A DNA stretch of 32,000 nt from contig BPUI01000001.1 of the NCBI GenBank assembly GCA_019973575.1, forward strand, positions 1,220,342-1,252,341. Direction: 5' to 3'. Shown in pieces: positions 30,611 to 32,000 of the stretch. The stretch comes from Gemmatimonadetes bacterium T265. GTDB lineage: Bacteria > Gemmatimonadota > Gemmatimonadetes > Gemmatimonadales > Gemmatimonadaceae. Made by a program: the position numbers and the translations under genes. The notes under the pieces were generated by a model. It was not told the DNA's origin and did no database searches. It saw only the letters and a list, made by a program, of their open reading frames with translations. How positions within the stretch are numbered: the stretch's first letter is position 1; the number at the start of each line of letters is the position of its first letter.

Positions 30611-32000
30611 TTAAGCGGCGGGTAGCGTCAGGGTGAACGTCGAGCCGGCGCCGGGCGCGCTCTCGGCCGTGAGGTCCCCGCCCATCCCGCGCGCCAGGTC
30701 CCGGCTGATCGCCAGCCCCAGCCCCGTGCCCTCCTGCGTGCGCGTGAGCCGCGCGTCGACCTGCACGAACGGCTCGAACACGCGCGCCAGCTGGTCCCGG
30801 GCGATGCCGATCCCCGTGTCCGCGACGGCCACCCGGACCGCCGCCGCGTCGCCCGCGCACGCCAGCGTCACCCGCCCGCCCGGCTCCGTGAACTTGACCG
30901 CGTTCGAGAGCAGGTTGAGCACGACCTGCTGCAGCTTCTCCCGGTCCGCGCGCACCCGGAGCGTCCGGTCGCACGCGTCGTGGCGGAGCGTCAGCCCCTT
31001 CGCGCGGACCTGGGGCGCGGTCAACGCCTCGCAGGTGGCAAGCACCTCGTCGAGCAGCACGTCCGCGAGGTCGTAGTGCACCGCCCCGGCCTCGACCCGC
31101 GCGTAGTTGAGCACCCCGTTGATCAGGCCCAGCAAGTGCCGCTGGCTGCGCTGAATCTTCTCCAGGTCGGTCCGCTGCTCGGGCGTCACGGGCCCGCGGA
31201 TGCCGAGCTCGATCAGCTCGACGTAGCCGCCGATGGCGTTCAAGGGCGTGCGCAGCTCGTGGCTCATCGTCGCCAGGAACTGCGACTTGGCCGCGTTCGC
31301 CGCCTCCGCCTCCGCCCGCGCAGCCCGCTCGGCCGCGAAGAGGCGGGCGCGCTCGAGCGCCTGCGCGCACTGCTGCGCCACGGCCGCCTTGAACGCGCGG
31401 CCCTCGGCGTCGAACGTGCGGGACGTTGCATAGTTGAACGCCAGCGCGCCGATTACCCGCCCCCCCAGATCGGCGAGGGGGAGGGCCGCGGTCGCGCCGC
31501 TGCCGGTCGCGGCGTAGATCGGGACGAGGTCCGGGTACGCCCGCGCGGCCGCGTCGGCGTCCTCGACCCACACGGGTCGGCCCTCGCGCACGGCGGCCGC
31601 GATGGGCAGGGCGGCGTCGAGCGGCACGGCGTCGAATCGGGCGGCGAAGCCGGGCGGGTAGCCGTGCGCGCCGGCGCACGTCAGGTGCGTCCCGTCCGCG
31701 CTCAGCAGTAGGACCAGCCCCGTCGTCGCCCCGAGCGCCGCGACCCCGTGCGCCAACAGGACGTGGACGACGGCCTCGGGGGTGAGCGCCGCGTTGAACG
31801 CGGCGGCGAGCGCCTGGAGCAGCATGACCCGCCCGGCGGCCGCGCGCTCGGCCGCGAGGAGCCGCTCGCGCTCGGTCACGTCGAGGGAGGTGACGACACC
31901 CCCCACAATCCGCCCGTCCGCGTCGCGCACCGGCGCGGCGCTCAGGCTGACCGTCACCCGCGACCCGTCGGGGCGCTCGACGTCGACCACCTCGTCGGTC
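30611..32000 (-). CDS. Sensor histidine kinase (PAS tail - GAF - HisKA - HATPase_c), 5' end outside window
   Basis: H-box ATMSHELRTPLNAIGGYVELI, N-box LLSNAVKFT, G1 VADTGIGI, G2 GTGLGLAISRDLARGMGG. A GAF-like region lies upstream (VLLAHGVAALGATTGLVLLLSADG...VIGALAFNY). The reading frame is still open at 32000. Confidence 0.9.
   Translation of the reverse strand, partial: TDEVVDVERPDGSRVTVSLSAAPVRDADGRIVGGVVTSLDVTERERLLAAERAAAGRVMLLQALAAAFNAALTPEAVVHVLLAHGVAALGATTGLVLLLSADGTHLTCAGAHGYPPGFAARFDAVPLDAALPIAAAVREGRPVWVEDADAAARAYPDLVPIYAATGSGATAALPLADLGGRVIGALAFNYATSRTFDAEGRAFKAAVAQQCAQALERARLFAAERAARAEAEAANAAKSQFLATMSHELRTPLNAIGGYVELIELGIRGPVTPEQRTDLEKIQRSQRHLLGLINGVLNYARVEAGAVHYDLADVLLDEVLATCEALTAPQVRAKGLTLRHDACDRTLRVRADREKLQQVVLNLLSNAVKFTEPGGRVTLACAGDAAAVRVAVADTGIGIARDQLARVFEPFVQVDARLTRTQEGTGLGLAISRDLARGMGGDLTAESAPGAGSTFTLTLPAA

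Overview
High-GC bacterial chromosomal window (about 70% or more by eye, not computed). The gene content (ADOP-type orphan permease, DUF4199, a TonB_C-like domain, many secreted hydrolases) suggests a Gemmatimonadota- or Acidobacteriota-like organism; this is a low-confidence inference. I can support about 24 protein-coding genes, one tRNA, several decayed genes and a few structured non-coding elements. The many other long ORFs in the track are Arg/Pro/Gly-rich antisense or out-of-frame shadows typical of high-GC DNA.

Left 6.9 kb: the tail of a type I R-M locus (hsdM 3' end plus hsdS) converges on a tightly coupled three-gene operon of vWA(TerY-like), PP2C phosphatase and Ser/Thr kinase, which is the TerY-P phosphorylation-triad architecture. 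Beyond it lie a small orphan ORF and tRNA-Phe(GAA) with a 32-nt perfect-palindrome terminator. The most unusual point is that the kinase ORF does not stop after its helix-hairpin-helix region. It continues in frame into a complete TonB-like module (TM helix, Pro/Ser linker, TonB C-terminal-like domain).

Middle: DPP-IV-type S9 peptidase, a small 4-Cys protein, a YaiI/DUF188 protein, a transposase C-terminal scar with a 24-nt palindrome, a family-B DNA polymerase, two beta-lactamase-fold serine hydrolases, an AraC regulator, a LysE-family exporter interrupted by a single in-frame TGA, and an ADOP/MacB-like permease.

Right: alpha/beta hydrolase, a decayed VOC/amidohydrolase junction, DUF4199, a membrane-anchored LuxR regulator, a Gly-rich acidic-tail membrane protein, an HxlR/cupin divergent pair, a small conserved-looking ORF whose start codon sits inside a hairpin, and a GAF-HisKA-HATPase sensor kinase that runs off the window. 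I saw no CRISPR array, rRNA or intact mobile element.
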